Positions 8,301-18,100 of a stretch of 64,000 nucleotides of DNA are shown here, piece after piece. Position 1 is the first letter of the stretch, and every line of letters starts with the position of its first letter. A program made the translations under genes and the position numbers. The notes below the pieces were generated by a model, which was not told the origin of the DNA, made no database searches, and worked only from the letters and a program-made list of their open reading frames with translations. Origin of the DNA: an uncultured Collinsella sp. (GTDB lineage: Bacteria; Actinomycetota; Coriobacteriia; Coriobacteriales; Coriobacteriaceae); NCBI GenBank assembly GCA_900541235.1, contig UQIW01000008.1, positions 5,910 to 69,909 on the forward strand. The letters are read 5' to 3'.

Positions 8301-9576
8301 CGGTCCAATTGAGGTCGGTTCTTACCTGGAAGAGGGCCTTAATATTGCCGTATGCGGGGTCGTTGTTGTTACCCCAGGTTTTGCCCACCCAATCGTAGGC
8401 GAGCGAGCCGTACAGCTGTGTGGCGATATCCATCGTGAACAGCGGCGTGCAATGGTGGCGAAGGAGCTTGGTGTTTCTTGGATCGGTGCCCGAACCGGCA
8501 CTCATCCTCTTGTACTGATTCCACTTCCCCTCCATCTCGTCGAGGTAGCGGTTTGCCTGCTTGGCGCCCGACTCGCGCGGCGATTTCTTCCAGTATTCCG
8601 GATCAGGGTTGCCCGAATCGTTCATATAGCTAGCTGGTTTGTACCCTCCGCCAAACAGCACGTATCCAGCAAACGAGAAATCGAACAGAATGGGAAATGT
8701 GGGCATCCAGCACGTGAACTTATTGCCGCCGATACCGGGAAACGCCGCGGGGAAATCAAACGGAGTGATCTCTTGGTCCATGGTGGTGGGAATGATGGTG
8801 GTCGAGCCCGATTCCGCCTTTGCGGCCGGCGCGGTGACAACGGCCATAGGGGATGAGAGCGTGTAGGTTTTGCCCTGGTAGTCGAGCATAAAGCGCAGCT
8901 TGCACCCTTCCTCCAGAAGGCCCGAAGCTGCATCGAGGAACGTGTCTTCGAGCGTGAACGTCGCCAGATTATCCGCGCCCGATGCGCTGGCCTTGATCAG
9001 GCCGATCTGCGTGACGGTTTCGGTTGAGCTGCCCGCAGAGGGCATCACTTTATTGATATGCAACGTTGCCTGCCCGCCCTGCGGCAGATGAGCCTGCACG
9101 GTAAAAGCGTGCGTGTCGGGCTGGTCGTTTGCTGCTTCGTCCGCTGGCATTGCCATAAACGTGGCGTCGGCGTACTGGATGTCCCATTCGTCGAACGTGA
9201 GCTGTCGAAAGTACGGCTCGCCATCGGAGAGCGGACGTGTGGGTGCGGTAATAGCGGTGCCGCCCTGGATACGCGCAAGGGGAATCTCGACATCGCGGTA
9301 GCCTGCCATGCTAATGGAGATGCCGCCGTTAAAGTCGTACGCGTCGAGAAGCGTTGCCTCGTCCACGTAGCCTTCTGAAAGAGGGGCGACCTCAAAGATG
9401 GCCGTGCCTTCGTCATCGGTCGTGGCGGTGAGCTGCTTGCCTGCGGCATAGCGCGATATGAGCGTGACCTGGGCACCCGTGATGGGCGTATTCTTGTTGG
9501 CGACGTCGACCACGACCACACCGAACATGGTGCGCGAGAGAACGAGCACCCTGAAGGGGGTCTTTTTCGTCGGCAT
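5326..9576 (-). CDS. Very large (1416 codons) cell-surface protein of unknown function, with a C-terminal LAXTG-like sorting motif and TM anchor. Its N-terminal signal peptide appears to be encoded in a different frame upstream, suggesting a frameshift or phase-variable gene
   Basis: This is a continuous ORF. Its N-terminus has a beta-rich Ig-like or carboxypeptidase-regulatory-like fold character. Near the C-terminus there is a Gly/Ser-rich linker and then LAGTG-DANAP-LTAAAAALAAAGAGLVAY-SARR. Confidence 0.75.
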   Translation of the reverse strand: MPTKKTPFRVLVLSRTMFGVVVVDVANKNTPITGAQVTLISRYAAGKQLTATTDDEGTAIFEVAPLSEGYVDEATLLDAYDFNGGISISMAGYRDVEIPLARIQGGTAITAPTRPLSDGEPYFRQLTFDEWDIQYADATFMAMPADEAANDQPDTHAFTVQAHLPQGGQATLHINKVMPSAGSSTETVTQIGLIKASASGADNLATFTLEDTFLDAASGLLEEGCKLRFMLDYQGKTYTLSSPMAVVTAPAAKAESGSTTIIPTTMDQEITPFDFPAAFPGIGGNKFTCWMPTFPILFDFSFAGYVLFGGGYKPASYMNDSGNPDPEYWKKSPRESGAKQANRYLDEMEGKWNQYKRMSAGSGTDPRNTKLLRHHCTPLFTMDIATQLYGSLAYDWVGKTWGNNNDPAYGNIKALFQVRTDLNWTEQFTLGPVPFFLNVNPWVLAKLALAVGAHTHGSGAAFFKNISLDYSNTSGSFTIQIGLAVTFGAGVAGVASSAVRGAASLTLFIGYEKADGHQLPRLRVGADVDVDVILQFVMFKWTTKAWSGSWPTLIDSWNMSVNNGDQYALQRSELALGGDTPYTLDARFGTPGNIEAGGVPQFIASATIVTNAELLARAEVKATAVNAAPVVRDWDRAVTRIELEADAESDDTGQIEHFVHALIENDENAAPMYEYTYIGQATNTVADPNADSAGVSEDERGGIKPSSDNVLFAGVLSEAHMKLAMIAGVECLFRIASVRYGDNGRSRLVVHTKANGTWSAPTPVDFPLGFGEGDVERDSIYDYDFDVVEYTDGRGNQDAYVLLVSGERPAGDNTLFDTASTSGILSVVRLRISNDGVRVISHTSWRSISRGRLQEDGYHCLQCPRITVGKTLVDGRLSGAYLHRRGTTAEKTLGSEAEVALECFTLWSDVSGDSLTFRQVLRFPQAPSSIELGAPENINGKMVVPIAYETAGGCGCASYAVIGQSIASWGVMSPDATVPHAVPWPQHTGFLATVNEQLQHITWTRGASAFATQPVGAAGCGPASFSVSNNGRCVLYVENTDGKVGQTYDEEGNPVAVMGKHFRIFASTLAGDLFTEPFVMCELDHPVDQITTFLTSGSMLSALATHIVSAEKSEAELHGIEVPLVACATPTGAVATSGAVVPGAAGESFMVTVRNDGNTLLTAGTIDLYREGSSQPFSSASIGFGANTRMASIYDPELAEDASVNDMAHVKYALETLGTPFATHPLVADSGNAVLAPGCTAQFRMSFAIPESWSDEVGKRVTLYAKARNLVALDPVTLEEIRPGANSALGAVLHELHVPDAACERSEVQVGVCDSADATGLHDAPMTADGDGGSSGGGTDEGGGSGGSSSGSGKDHGNNKRSGKAGALAGTGDANAPLTAAAAALAAAGAGLVAYSARRTALEIDTANEANSDRPR

Positions 9577-9694
9577 GGGCTTCGGTGGGTGCGAACGGCA
9601 ATATGAAGGCGTTTGCGCTTCCCGGCACGCGCGGCATCATAATGCTCGCTAACGAGGACGCTCCGGCGACAAGTAACGAACGGCGATCAAGCAT
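9577..9694 (-). pseudogene. Tat/Sec-type signal peptide segment (MLDRRSLLVAGASSLASIMMPRVPGSANA) in the +1 frame relative to the large surface-protein ORF; this is the likely frameshift or phase-variation site
   Basis: An ATG at 9694 follows a GGGAG ribosome-binding site. It has an RR motif, a hydrophobic core and an AxA cleavage site. Its frame collides with the big ORF at the C5/A5 tracts (plus strand G5 9556-9560, T5 9564-9568). Confidence 0.55.
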
Positions 9695-9849
9695 CTTGGG
9701 CTCCCATCCCGCAAGTATCGGTGGAAATAATCCAATTTTGCGAGAAGGCGCCCCGTGGCGGTAGTGCCGTTCAAGGGTCAAAATGTCCAAATTGATCGAG
9801 CGAAGCGCCGGGTTCCGGAACGCGTTCGATGCGCTTGGTAGTCCGGTCG

Positions 9850-10854
9850 CTAACGTAACATATGCGCGACCAGCTCGGCGCGTGTGCCGATGCCAAGCTT
9901 TGCGTATACGCCGGATAGGCGGTTTTTGACGGTGCCCGGCGATACTCCCATATGGCGTGCGATTTCGGCGTTGGTCCACCCACGACAGGCGAGCATGGCC
10001 ATGGTGAATTCCGTGGTCGTTAGATCGTCGGCAACGTCCTCGCCCGAATCGGGGTTGTGGATGCGCCGCCAGCCGTAGCTGAAGCGGTACGTGATCTCGA
10101 TGATGCGCGCGAAGTCGTCAGGGTATTGCGTTTTTAGGCATGCCTCGATAAGCCCCTGTAAAAGGCCGTGATGCTCGCCAATGAGCTCAATAAGGCCGTC
10201 GGGACGCGCAATGTTCCAAGCAACTCCGAAGTGCGTTTTTGCGGCGTCGATGTCCTTGAGGCTCATGCATGCCATGGAAGCTGCCAAGTGCAGGAACAGC
10301 TCCGAGATGGGATAACTTCCCTGTTTCATGATCAGGGCGTTTTCCGCCATGCCCAGGCTGCGGCCATATTCGCCGCGCAGGTACAGGGCATGCGCCATCA
10401 CGTAGCTGGCGAACAGGCGCAGACCTTCGGGCAGATGCGCCGCAAGCGGATAAAACTTTTCGGCGGAATACGGGGAAGGCAAGTGCAGCAGGACGCTCGC
10501 GGCCGAGGCGAACAGGATATGCGTGGCGTGGACGGCGGGCGACTCCTCGTCAGCCGGCGTATCGAGGATGCCAGCAAGGCACCGGCGGGCGTCGACGATA
10601 CGGTTGAGCGACAGGCTGGCGTATCCGCAGATAAAGCATGCGGAATAGCACAGCGCGGGATCGGTGGCGTCAAGATAGGGGCGCGCCGTCTTGGCAGCGA
10701 GGGCGGCCTGTCCGCGAAAGTACAGCGCTTCTGCCGTGGCGATGGTGCGTGAATCGGGGTCGGAAATGCCTGCAACCGCAGCGTCAATCTGCCCCGGCAC
10801 AAAGGCGGTGCACATCAACGGCATGGGAACGCATGGGTAGCCATCGCAGTCCAT
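9850..10854 (-). CDS. LuxR-family transcriptional regulator with a C-terminal HTH
   Basis: The C-terminus reads LTTTEFTMAMLACRGWTNAEIARHMGVSPGTVKNRLSGVYAKLGIGTRAELVAHML. The ATG at 10854 is preceded by GGGAGA. The ORF track extends to a TTG at 10881. Confidence 0.75.
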   Translation of the reverse strand: MDCDGYPCVPMPLMCTAFVPGQIDAAVAGISDPDSRTIATAEALYFRGQAALAAKTARPYLDATDPALCYSACFICGYASLSLNRIVDARRCLAGILDTPADEESPAVHATHILFASAASVLLHLPSPYSAEKFYPLAAHLPEGLRLFASYVMAHALYLRGEYGRSLGMAENALIMKQGSYPISELFLHLAASMACMSLKDIDAAKTHFGVAWNIARPDGLIELIGEHHGLLQGLIEACLKTQYPDDFARIIEITYRFSYGWRRIHNPDSGEDVADDLTTTEFTMAMLACRGWTNAEIARHMGVSPGTVKNRLSGVYAKLGIGTRAELVAHMLR

Positions 10855-10921
10855 CTTCCATCTCCCAACAGCTGGCAACAATGCAGCAATTGTACTCCTG
10901 TTGCTCGGGACCCCTTTCGTT

Positions 10922-12073
10922 TTACTGTTCGGTTAACGCTGCGGATCGTTTTGGAAGGCTTACGAGTATGGTAGTACCGTTCTCGGAACTTTCTTCGACC
11001 TCTACCGTGCCACCGTGAAGCGCTGCAATCTCCCAAACGAGCGCTAGTCCGAGTCCTGCGCCGCCGTATGCCCTACTGCGGGATTTGTCTAGACGAAAGA
11101 ACGGCTGGAAGATGCTCTCACGGTACTGCTTGGGTATTCCCGGGCCCTGGTCCTCGACTCGCAGGAACACATGGCTGTCGTTGTCGCAGATGGAGACGTT
11201 GACAGTCGAGCCGGTGCGGCTGTAACGGATGGCATTTTCGACCAGGTTAAACACCAGCCTATAGAGGAGCGTGCCGCTCCCGATTACTAAAGCGTCTCCA
11301 GCACAATTGAGGGCTATGCCCTTATTTTCGGCAAGTGGCGCAAGGTCGGTGAGGACCTCTTCGGACAAAGGACCAAGTTCCACATCGTCCTCGCAAGGGA
11401 CGCTGCGGAGCTCACTCATCTCGAGCAATACCTTGGCCATTCGAGACATGCGCTCGGTTTGTTCTTGTAGCAGGCCGAGCAGCTCGGCTGTTTCGGGTTG
11501 CAAACCGGAGTGCTCGGAGATGAATAGTTCAATCTGTGCTTGCATAAGGGCGAGCGGGGTGCGCAGCTCGTGTGCGGCGTTGCCGGTAAACTGACGCTGT
11601 GCAGAGAACCCTTCGCCAAGACGGGCGATCATGTCGTTGAAAGAGGCGCTGCATCGTTGTAGCTCGGTGGGCACATCTTCACTGAGTCTGATTTCGCTTA
11701 GGTTGTCAGGCTGCACGCGCTCAACCTGGGCTGCAAAAGCCCGTAGCGGTTTGAGTGCACGGCCGCTCACAAAGTATGCCAGCACGCCGCCAAGGAGTGT
11801 GACTCCAGCCGTGATGTACCAAGCTGTCGTGCCAAAAGATTCCTGTGCGTCGTTTACGACGATCGTGACCTTGTCATCGGGGGTCGCTTTCGTTGGGTCG
11901 AACACCTGGGGCGAATCCGCGCCGGCAGCGTTAAAGGCCGAGATGTCACTGCCGATGGCATCCATATAGCGCATGCCCGTATAGCCGACCAGGCAGTTCG
12001 TCAGCACGCACGCCGCACACGTCAGCAGCGCCGTCATGATCGTTATGCGCCATTGCAGCGAAAGCCTTTTCAT
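10922..12073 (-). CDS. Two-component sensor histidine kinase
   Basis: It has two N-terminal TM segments, a HisKA H-box (AAHELRTPL) and a HATPase_c domain (GGAGLGLALVWEIAALHGGTVEV). Confidence 0.85.
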   Translation of the reverse strand: MKRLSLQWRITIMTALLTCAACVLTNCLVGYTGMRYMDAIGSDISAFNAAGADSPQVFDPTKATPDDKVTIVVNDAQESFGTTAWYITAGVTLLGGVLAYFVSGRALKPLRAFAAQVERVQPDNLSEIRLSEDVPTELQRCSASFNDMIARLGEGFSAQRQFTGNAAHELRTPLALMQAQIELFISEHSGLQPETAELLGLLQEQTERMSRMAKVLLEMSELRSVPCEDDVELGPLSEEVLTDLAPLAENKGIALNCAGDALVIGSGTLLYRLVFNLVENAIRYSRTGSTVNVSICDNDSHVFLRVEDQGPGIPKQYRESIFQPFFRLDKSRSRAYGGAGLGLALVWEIAALHGGTVEVEESSENGTTILVSLPKRSAALTEQ

Positions 12074-12744
12074 TCGCTATCCTCCATAACGTAGCCCTCT
12101 CCAATCCGATTGCGAATCGGGTCGTATCCCAAAGCGCTGCGCAACTTTTTTCGGAGCGACGAGATGTGAACGCGGGTTGCGTTGCTAAAGCTGTTCACGG
12201 TGCTATCCCAAACGTGCTCGATAAGCTCCTCTTGGCTTACCGGTCGCCCCTGATTAAGTATCAGGTATTCCAAGATTCCCGTTTCCTTGCGTGTAAGAGA
12301 TAAGGCCTCGCTGCCCACGGAAGCGATGCGCGCCTTGGTGTCAAAGCTGAGTTTTCCGCAGGTTAATACTATGTCGCTTTGTGCGAAGCGCCTGAGGGTA
12401 AGGCTGCGGATCCTTGCCGCAAGTTCGTCCAGATGAAACGGCTTGGTGAGGTAATCGTTGGCGCCGGCATCGAGTCCGTCGACCTTATCGGATACTTCGC
12501 CACGCGCGGACAGAATCAGCACCTTGGTCTCGCAGTCGGTTTTCCTAAGTTCCCTGAGTACGGTCATGCCGTCGATACGGGGAAGGTTGAGGTCGAGTAC
12601 CACGAGGTCAAAGACTTCGACGCCCAGCAGGTCGAGCGCCTCCCGTCCGTCGTGACAGCAGTCGACGCTGTATGCCAGGTTTCGCAAGCTGCGCGCGATT
12701 GCGTCACACAGCGCCCGCTCGTCCTCGACGATCAAAATACGCAT
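12070..12744 (-). CDS. OmpR-family response regulator
   Basis: It starts MRILIVEDERALCD with a receiver Asp, and has a C-terminal winged-helix domain (YVMED). It overlaps the kinase start by 4 nt. Confidence 0.85.
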   Translation of the reverse strand: MRILIVEDERALCDAIARSLRNLAYSVDCCHDGREALDLLGVEVFDLVVLDLNLPRIDGMTVLRELRKTDCETKVLILSARGEVSDKVDGLDAGANDYLTKPFHLDELAARIRSLTLRRFAQSDIVLTCGKLSFDTKARIASVGSEALSLTRKETGILEYLILNQGRPVSQEELIEHVWDSTVNSFSNATRVHISSLRKKLRSALGYDPIRNRIGEGYVMEDSE

Positions 12745-13006
12745 AACAGTCTCCTTGCACATTTCAAATCGCGCTTAACACGGATTTTATAGTCGATATG
12801 GTCCAATGGTCGCGTAACGAAAGGAGTGGTCGAGTTGTTCAAAGCGGTAAAACCCATGGTACAGGTCGCTTTGTTGATCGTCGGAATTGCCATGGTGTGC
12901 TTTGGTGTTATGCGTGGCGAGGCGGATGCCGTGCTGGCCAAAGCGATTAGGCTGTGCTTGGAGTGTATCGGAATTGGATAAAAGAGCAAACACCGCGTCG
13001 CATGTT

Positions 13007-13876
13007 TTGGCCCGATTTCGCGGACTCATTCAGGCGGCGGCGACGCTGGTCACCAACATTCACCTGCCAAACTTTGCCAAAGGCGGCATCTATCAGGGCG
13101 CGGGGAAAACAGTCTGCGTACCTGGACTTAATTGCTATTCGTGCCCCGCGGCATCGGGCGCGTGCCCCATCGGGTCGTTCCAGTCGGTGGTAGGTTCATC
13201 CAAGTTCAACTTTTCTTACTATGTTACCGGTACGCTCATTTTGCTCGGCGTGCTGCTGGGACGCTTTGTATGTGGCTTTCTGTGTCCGTTTGGCTGGCTT
13301 CAGGAGCTGCTTCATAAGATTCCCGGCAAAAAGTTCTCCACAAAAAAGCTTAAGCCGCTCACGTACATCAAGTACGTCGTGCTGCTGTTTGCCGTGGTGC
13401 TGCTGCCCGTCTTGGTGGTTAACGACGTAGGCATGGGCGACCCGTTCTTTTGTAAGTACATCTGTCCGCAGGGCGTGCTCGAGGGCGCCATTCCGCTGGC
13501 CATTGCCAACGCCGGCATTCGATCTGCGCTGGGGCAGCTCTTTACCTGGAAACTTGCCGTTCTCATTGCCGTAGTAGTGCTGAGCGTTTTGTTCTATCGC
13601 CCCTTCTGCAAATGGATTTGCCCGCTCGGTGCATTCTATGCGCTCATGAATAGGGTGTCCTTGTTGGGGATTCAGGTTGACGCGTGCAAATGCGTCTCGT
13701 GCGGCAAGTGTTCAAGGGTTTGTCAGATGGACGTTGATGTGGTCCGCGCGCCCAATCATGCCGAATGTATCCGGTGCGGAAAGTGCATCGGGGCCTGTCC
13801 TGTCGATGCCATCAGCTATCGCTATGGCCTGGATGTGTCGGCGGAAAAGCTTCCCTTGACCGCCGATAAAAAGTAA
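13007..13876 (+). CDS. NapH/MauN-like membrane-bound 4Fe-4S binding protein
   Basis: It has CxxxCP motifs in TM segments (CPFGWLQEL, CKWICPLGAFYAL) and two C-terminal CxxCxxCxxxCP ferredoxin motifs. The start is uncertain, and the TTG at 13007 is the first plausible in-frame start. Confidence 0.65.
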   Translation: MARFRGLIQAAATLVTNIHLPNFAKGGIYQGAGKTVCVPGLNCYSCPAASGACPIGSFQSVVGSSKFNFSYYVTGTLILLGVLLGRFVCGFLCPFGWLQELLHKIPGKKFSTKKLKPLTYIKYVVLLFAVVLLPVLVVNDVGMGDPFFCKYICPQGVLEGAIPLAIANAGIRSALGQLFTWKLAVLIAVVVLSVLFYRPFCKWICPLGAFYALMNRVSLLGIQVDACKCVSCGKCSRVCQMDVDVVRAPNHAECIRCGKCIGACPVDAISYRYGLDVSAEKLPLTADKK

Positions 13877-13899
13877 ACAAGCTTCGACAAAACGGAGGA

Positions 13900-14877
13900 A
13901 TGATCATGAAGCTTTCTAAGATTGCGGCCCTGTTTATGGTGCCGGTATTGGCCTTGTGCCTTGTGGCATGTTCGGCGTCCGGTGGCAATGCGAGCGAATC
14001 TGCGAGCTCCGATCCTAAGATCGCAGAACTCACTGCGCAGAAGCCGACCAATGCCGACGAGGCCGCCGAGCTGTATGCGAAGCTCATGAAAAAGGAGAAC
14101 GATATCCTTTCGAGTGATAACGCGCTATGGGAAAAGGTATTCAATGCGGCAAATAAAGACTCGGTAATGATTGAGGACGGCAGCAATTACGGCGATTTCC
14201 TGCTCAAGACCATCGACGGTGCCAAGGATGAGTTCACGGCGGATGAGCTTAAGACGCTCAAGGCCGGTGCGCAGCAGATCAAGGAGATCGAGGACAAGCT
14301 CGAGAGCCTGGAGAAGGAGTTCCCCGGCTGTGGAAGCACGCCGAGCTCAGGCGAGAGCGTCGACGCTTCGACCGCTGGCATGACGGCTGGTGCCAATGCT
14401 TCGAGCGAGGCGACGAAGTTCCCCAGCTTTACGGGCAAAGACCTGGATGGCAACGACGTGAGCAGCGACGAGCTGTTCGCTAAGAACAAGGTCACCGTCA
14501 TGAACTTCTGGTTCACCACTTGCAAGCCGTGCGTGGGCGAGCTGGGCGATCTTGAGAAACTGAATAAGGAGCTTGCCAAGAAGGGCGGCCAGGTCGTGGG
14601 CGTCAATTCCTTTACGCTCGATGGCAACAAGGGCGAGATTGCGGATGCCAAGGACGTGCTGAGCAAGAAGGGCGTGACATATAAGAACATCTGGTTCAAG
14701 TCGGATAGCGAGGCCGGTAAGTTTACGTCAAATTTGTTCTCGTTCCCGACAACGTATGTCATCGATCAGAATGGCAACATCGTAGGGGATCCAATCGTGG
14801 GAGCCATCAGCTCCGCCGAGCAGCGCGCAGCACTCGACAAGCTTATCGACCAGGCGATTGCGAATAGCGAGCAGTAG
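13900..14877 (+). CDS. TlpA/ResA-like thiol-disulfide oxidoreductase lipoprotein
   Basis: It has a lipobox (LVAC), a Ser/Ala-rich linker and a C-terminal thioredoxin fold with a CKPC active site (WFTTCKPCVGE). A GGAGG ribosome-binding site is present. Confidence 0.75.
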   Translation: MIMKLSKIAALFMVPVLALCLVACSASGGNASESASSDPKIAELTAQKPTNADEAAELYAKLMKKENDILSSDNALWEKVFNAANKDSVMIEDGSNYGDFLLKTIDGAKDEFTADELKTLKAGAQQIKEIEDKLESLEKEFPGCGSTPSSGESVDASTAGMTAGANASSEATKFPSFTGKDLDGNDVSSDELFAKNKVTVMNFWFTTCKPCVGELGDLEKLNKELAKKGGQVVGVNSFTLDGNKGEIADAKDVLSKKGVTYKNIWFKSDSEAGKFTSNLFSFPTTYVIDQNGNIVGDPIVGAISSAEQRAALDKLIDQAIANSEQ

Positions 14878-14956
14878 AAAACGCGTAAAGCATAGCGAGG
14901 ATCGTGTGTCGCTGTGCGAAGTAGTCTGCTGCCTTTCAAGATAAGCTCCACCATAT

Positions 14957-14986
14957 AGAGGTCCCGCTCGGGACCTCTTCTTTTGG
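14957..14986 (+). terminator. Intrinsic terminator
   Basis: A 9-bp stem, AGAGGTCCC-gctc-GGGACCTCT, is followed by TCTTTTGG. Confidence 0.5.
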
Positions 14987-15130
14987 GCGCCGTCCCGTTC
15001 GTTTTTTGGCGCGGTTTGTTACATTCCTCACTGGCGTCGGCAAAAAATGGGGATAGAGTAGGACAAAAGCGTCGAATACGAACGGCGGAGGAGAGCGGGC
15101 AGGGTGCCTGCGCAGGAGAGGTTGCCGTCC

Positions 15131-18100
15131 ATGCTGGAGCTCAAAGGTATTTGCAAAAGGTACGTTACGCAGTCGTTTACGCAGGTAGCGCTCGACAGCG
15201 TGAGCCTGTCTTTTCGCGATAACGAGTTCGTGGCCATTCTGGGACCTTCGGGGTCGGGCAAAACTACGATGCTCAACGTTATCGGTGGGCTCGATCATTT
15301 CGATTCTGGCGACCTGCTGATCGACGGTATTTCGACCAAAGACTTTCACGATCGCGATTGGGATGCCTACCGCAACAACCGCATCGGCTTTGTGTTCCAA
15401 AGCTATAACCTCATTCCGCATCAGACCATTTTGGAAAACGTGGAGCTGGCGCTCACGCTCACGGGCGTGGGGCATGCCGAGCGTCGCCAGCGTGCGCGCG
15501 AGGCGTTGGAGAAAGTCGGCTTGGGCGAGCACGTTAACAAGCGCCCGAGCCAGCTATCGGGCGGGCAGATGCAGCGCGTGGCCATTGCCCGCGCCCTGAT
15601 TAATGATCCCGAGATTGTGCTGGCAGACGAGCCGACCGGCGCTTTGGATTCAACGACATCCGTACAGGTCATGGATCTGCTCAAGGACGTGGCACGCGAC
15701 CGCCTGGTTATCATGGTCACGCACAATCCCGAGCTGGCGTACCAATATGCCACGCGCATCGTCAACCTGGCGGACGGCAAGATCACCGACGATTCCGACC
15801 CTTTCGATGTCGCTGACGTCACGCGCCGCGAGGCCAAGCCTACGCGCAAAACCTCGATGAGCTTTGTGACGGCGCTGGGGCTTTCTGCCCGAAACCTTAT
15901 GACCAAGAAGGGCCGTACGGCCATGACTGCCTTTGCGGGCTCGATTGGCATTATCGGTATCGCAGCGATTCTGGCGCTGTCCAATGGCGTAAACGGCTAC
16001 ATCAAAAAGGTCGAGGAGGATACGCTCTCGAGCTACCCGCTCACCATTTCCAAGCAGGATTACGACCTGTCGTCCATGATGGGCGGGCAGGGGGCTGCGG
16101 ATGACGAGGCGTCCAACGGTGAGGATTTATCTGACGGTACTGGTGGCAAAGCTAAGGGAACCGATAAGATTCCCGTGGTCACGGCCGTAAAGGATATGTT
16201 TGCGAGCGTTAAGTCCAACGACATGACGAGCTTTAAGGCATGGCTCGATGCCGGTGGCGACGGCATCGATAAGGAAGTCAACGCCGTTCAGTACGGCTAC
16301 GGTGTATCGCCGGTTGTCTATCGTGCCGGCAAGGGCGACGAGAAACCCGTCCGGCTTGTTCCCAACGCTATGACTGAGGCCATGAGCGGAGGCGCGAGCT
16401 CGGCGGCAACGGTGAGCATGGAATCCATGGGAACCTCGGTCTTTAACGAGATGATTGACGACCAGAGCCTGCTCGACAGCCAGTACGATGTCGTCGCCGG
16501 TCATTGGCCCACGTCTGCCAACGAAGCCGTGATGGTGCTTTCGAGCCGCGGTACGGTGGGCGACTACACGCTCTATAGCATCGGCGCGCTGGATATCGAT
16601 GAGCTCAACGACCTGGTTAACAGTGCTATGACGGCCGACGGTGGGGTCAAAGCACCCGAGACCGGTACCGACTTTACCTACGACGATGCGCTGTCCACGA
16701 CGTTTAAGGTGCTGTCGCCGGCCGATGCCTATCGCAAAAACGAAGAGACCGGCATGTGGGCTGACATGTCTGGCGACGCCGACTTTATGGCCGCCAAGGT
16801 TGCCGACGGTATCGACGTGCGCATTGTGGGCGTGGTGCGACCTAACGAGACGGCCAATGCGAGTGCATTGTCTCCGGGCATTGCCTATACACATGCGCTG
16901 ACTCGCCGGCTTATGGAGCGCGCCGCCGATTCGCAGATTGTGCAAGAGCAGCTTGCGCATCCCGAGACGGATGTCTTTACGGGCAAGTCTTTCGATGAAC
17001 TGCAGGGCGAGGCCAAGCAAGGCGTGGATCTGGGCAGCATGTTCAGTGTGGACGAGGCGGCGCTCAAGAGCGCGCTCTCGTTCGATGCGTCTGCGCTCTC
17101 GGGTGTTGCCGGCGGTATGGACCTGTCGGGTCTTGATTTGTCCGGGCTGGATATTGACCTTTCGGGCGTTGGTAGGGACATCGACTTCAGCGACATCATG
17201 GCAAAAGCACCGGCCCCAGATTTCTCGGGTATCTTTGACGGTCTGGAACTCACGCCCGAGCAAATGCAGCAGGTGGGAACGCTTGCCAACCAACTGTTTG
17301 AGGGCTTTTTGCAGTCTGATCAGTTTAAGGCGCTGTCGCCCGAAGATCTTAAGGACGCGTCAAAGCTCGCTGCCGCATTCTCGACGTATCTTGAGAATGA
17401 TGCCGCAGCCCAGCAAATCCTGGCCCAGCTCAAAGCGCTGGGCGGCGATGTTCTTGCCGAGCGCCTGCAACAGGCGATGACCGACTATGTGCAAAAGCAG
17501 CTGGCTCCGTATCTGCAACAGGCTATGGATCAGCTGATGAAGGCGGTTAGCGAGCAGATAGCGTCGACGGTATCATCCCAGCTCAAGGTGGGCGCGGCAG
17601 GGCTCATGGACCAGATGGCGACGCAGATGTCTTCGAGTTTTGCCAACCTGGCGAGCGCTATGCATGTGGATGCGAGCGTCTTTGCCAATGCCATTCACTT
17701 CAACATGGACGCCGAGGACCTGAGCTCGCTCATGATGAGCTATGCCAAGGCTTCGAAGCTCACCTACGACAACAACCTGACCACGCTGGGCTATGCGGAC
17801 GAGGCAGACCCCATCTCGGTCAAGATTTTCCCGCGCGACTTTGAGGCCAAGGAGCGCGTACTCGATCACATCGATGCGTACAACAAGCAGGTCAAAGCCG
17901 CTGGCCATGATGATCGGGCAATTTCGTACACCGACTACATGGGCATCATCATGGGTTCGGTGACCGACATCGTGAACACCATCAGCTTGGTGCTCATCGC
18001 ATTCGTGAGTATCAGCCTGGTGGTGAGCTCCATCATGATCGGCATCATCACGTACATCAGCGTGCTGGAGCGCAAGAAGGAGATTGGCATTCTACGCGCG

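Noticed and set aside
9695-9979. First 95 codons of the track ORF 9413-9979 (MDQRRNRTPYGSIAGHRQKPPIRRIRK...)
   Set aside because: Its Arg/Pro/His-rich composition is non-protein-like. Only the portion from the ATG at 9694 (MLDRRSLLVAGASS...) with a ribosome-binding site looks genuine.
12732-13029. 85-aa and 80-aa minus-strand ORFs in the RR/NapH-like divergent intergenic region
   Set aside because: They overlap a promoter-type intergenic region. Their composition is Ser/Thr/Pro/His-rich and motif-free, there is no ribosome-binding site, and they overlap each other in different frames.
14936-15532. 198-aa minus-strand ORF
   Set aside because: It is antisense to the start of the ABC transporter gene. 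The ABC ORF has clear Walker and signature motifs, and this one has none.
16127-17293. 388-aa minus-strand ORF, and similar long antisense ORFs (26155-27129, 28561-29259, 37585-39174, 41470-42441, 43746-44564, 50213-51190, 53373-54269, 56828-57865, 57958-58797, 59086-59946, 60758-61777, 63136-63918)
   Set aside because: Each lies inside a longer ORF on the opposite strand that has recognisable domain motifs. Their compositions are Arg/Gly/Ala/His-biased and motif-free.
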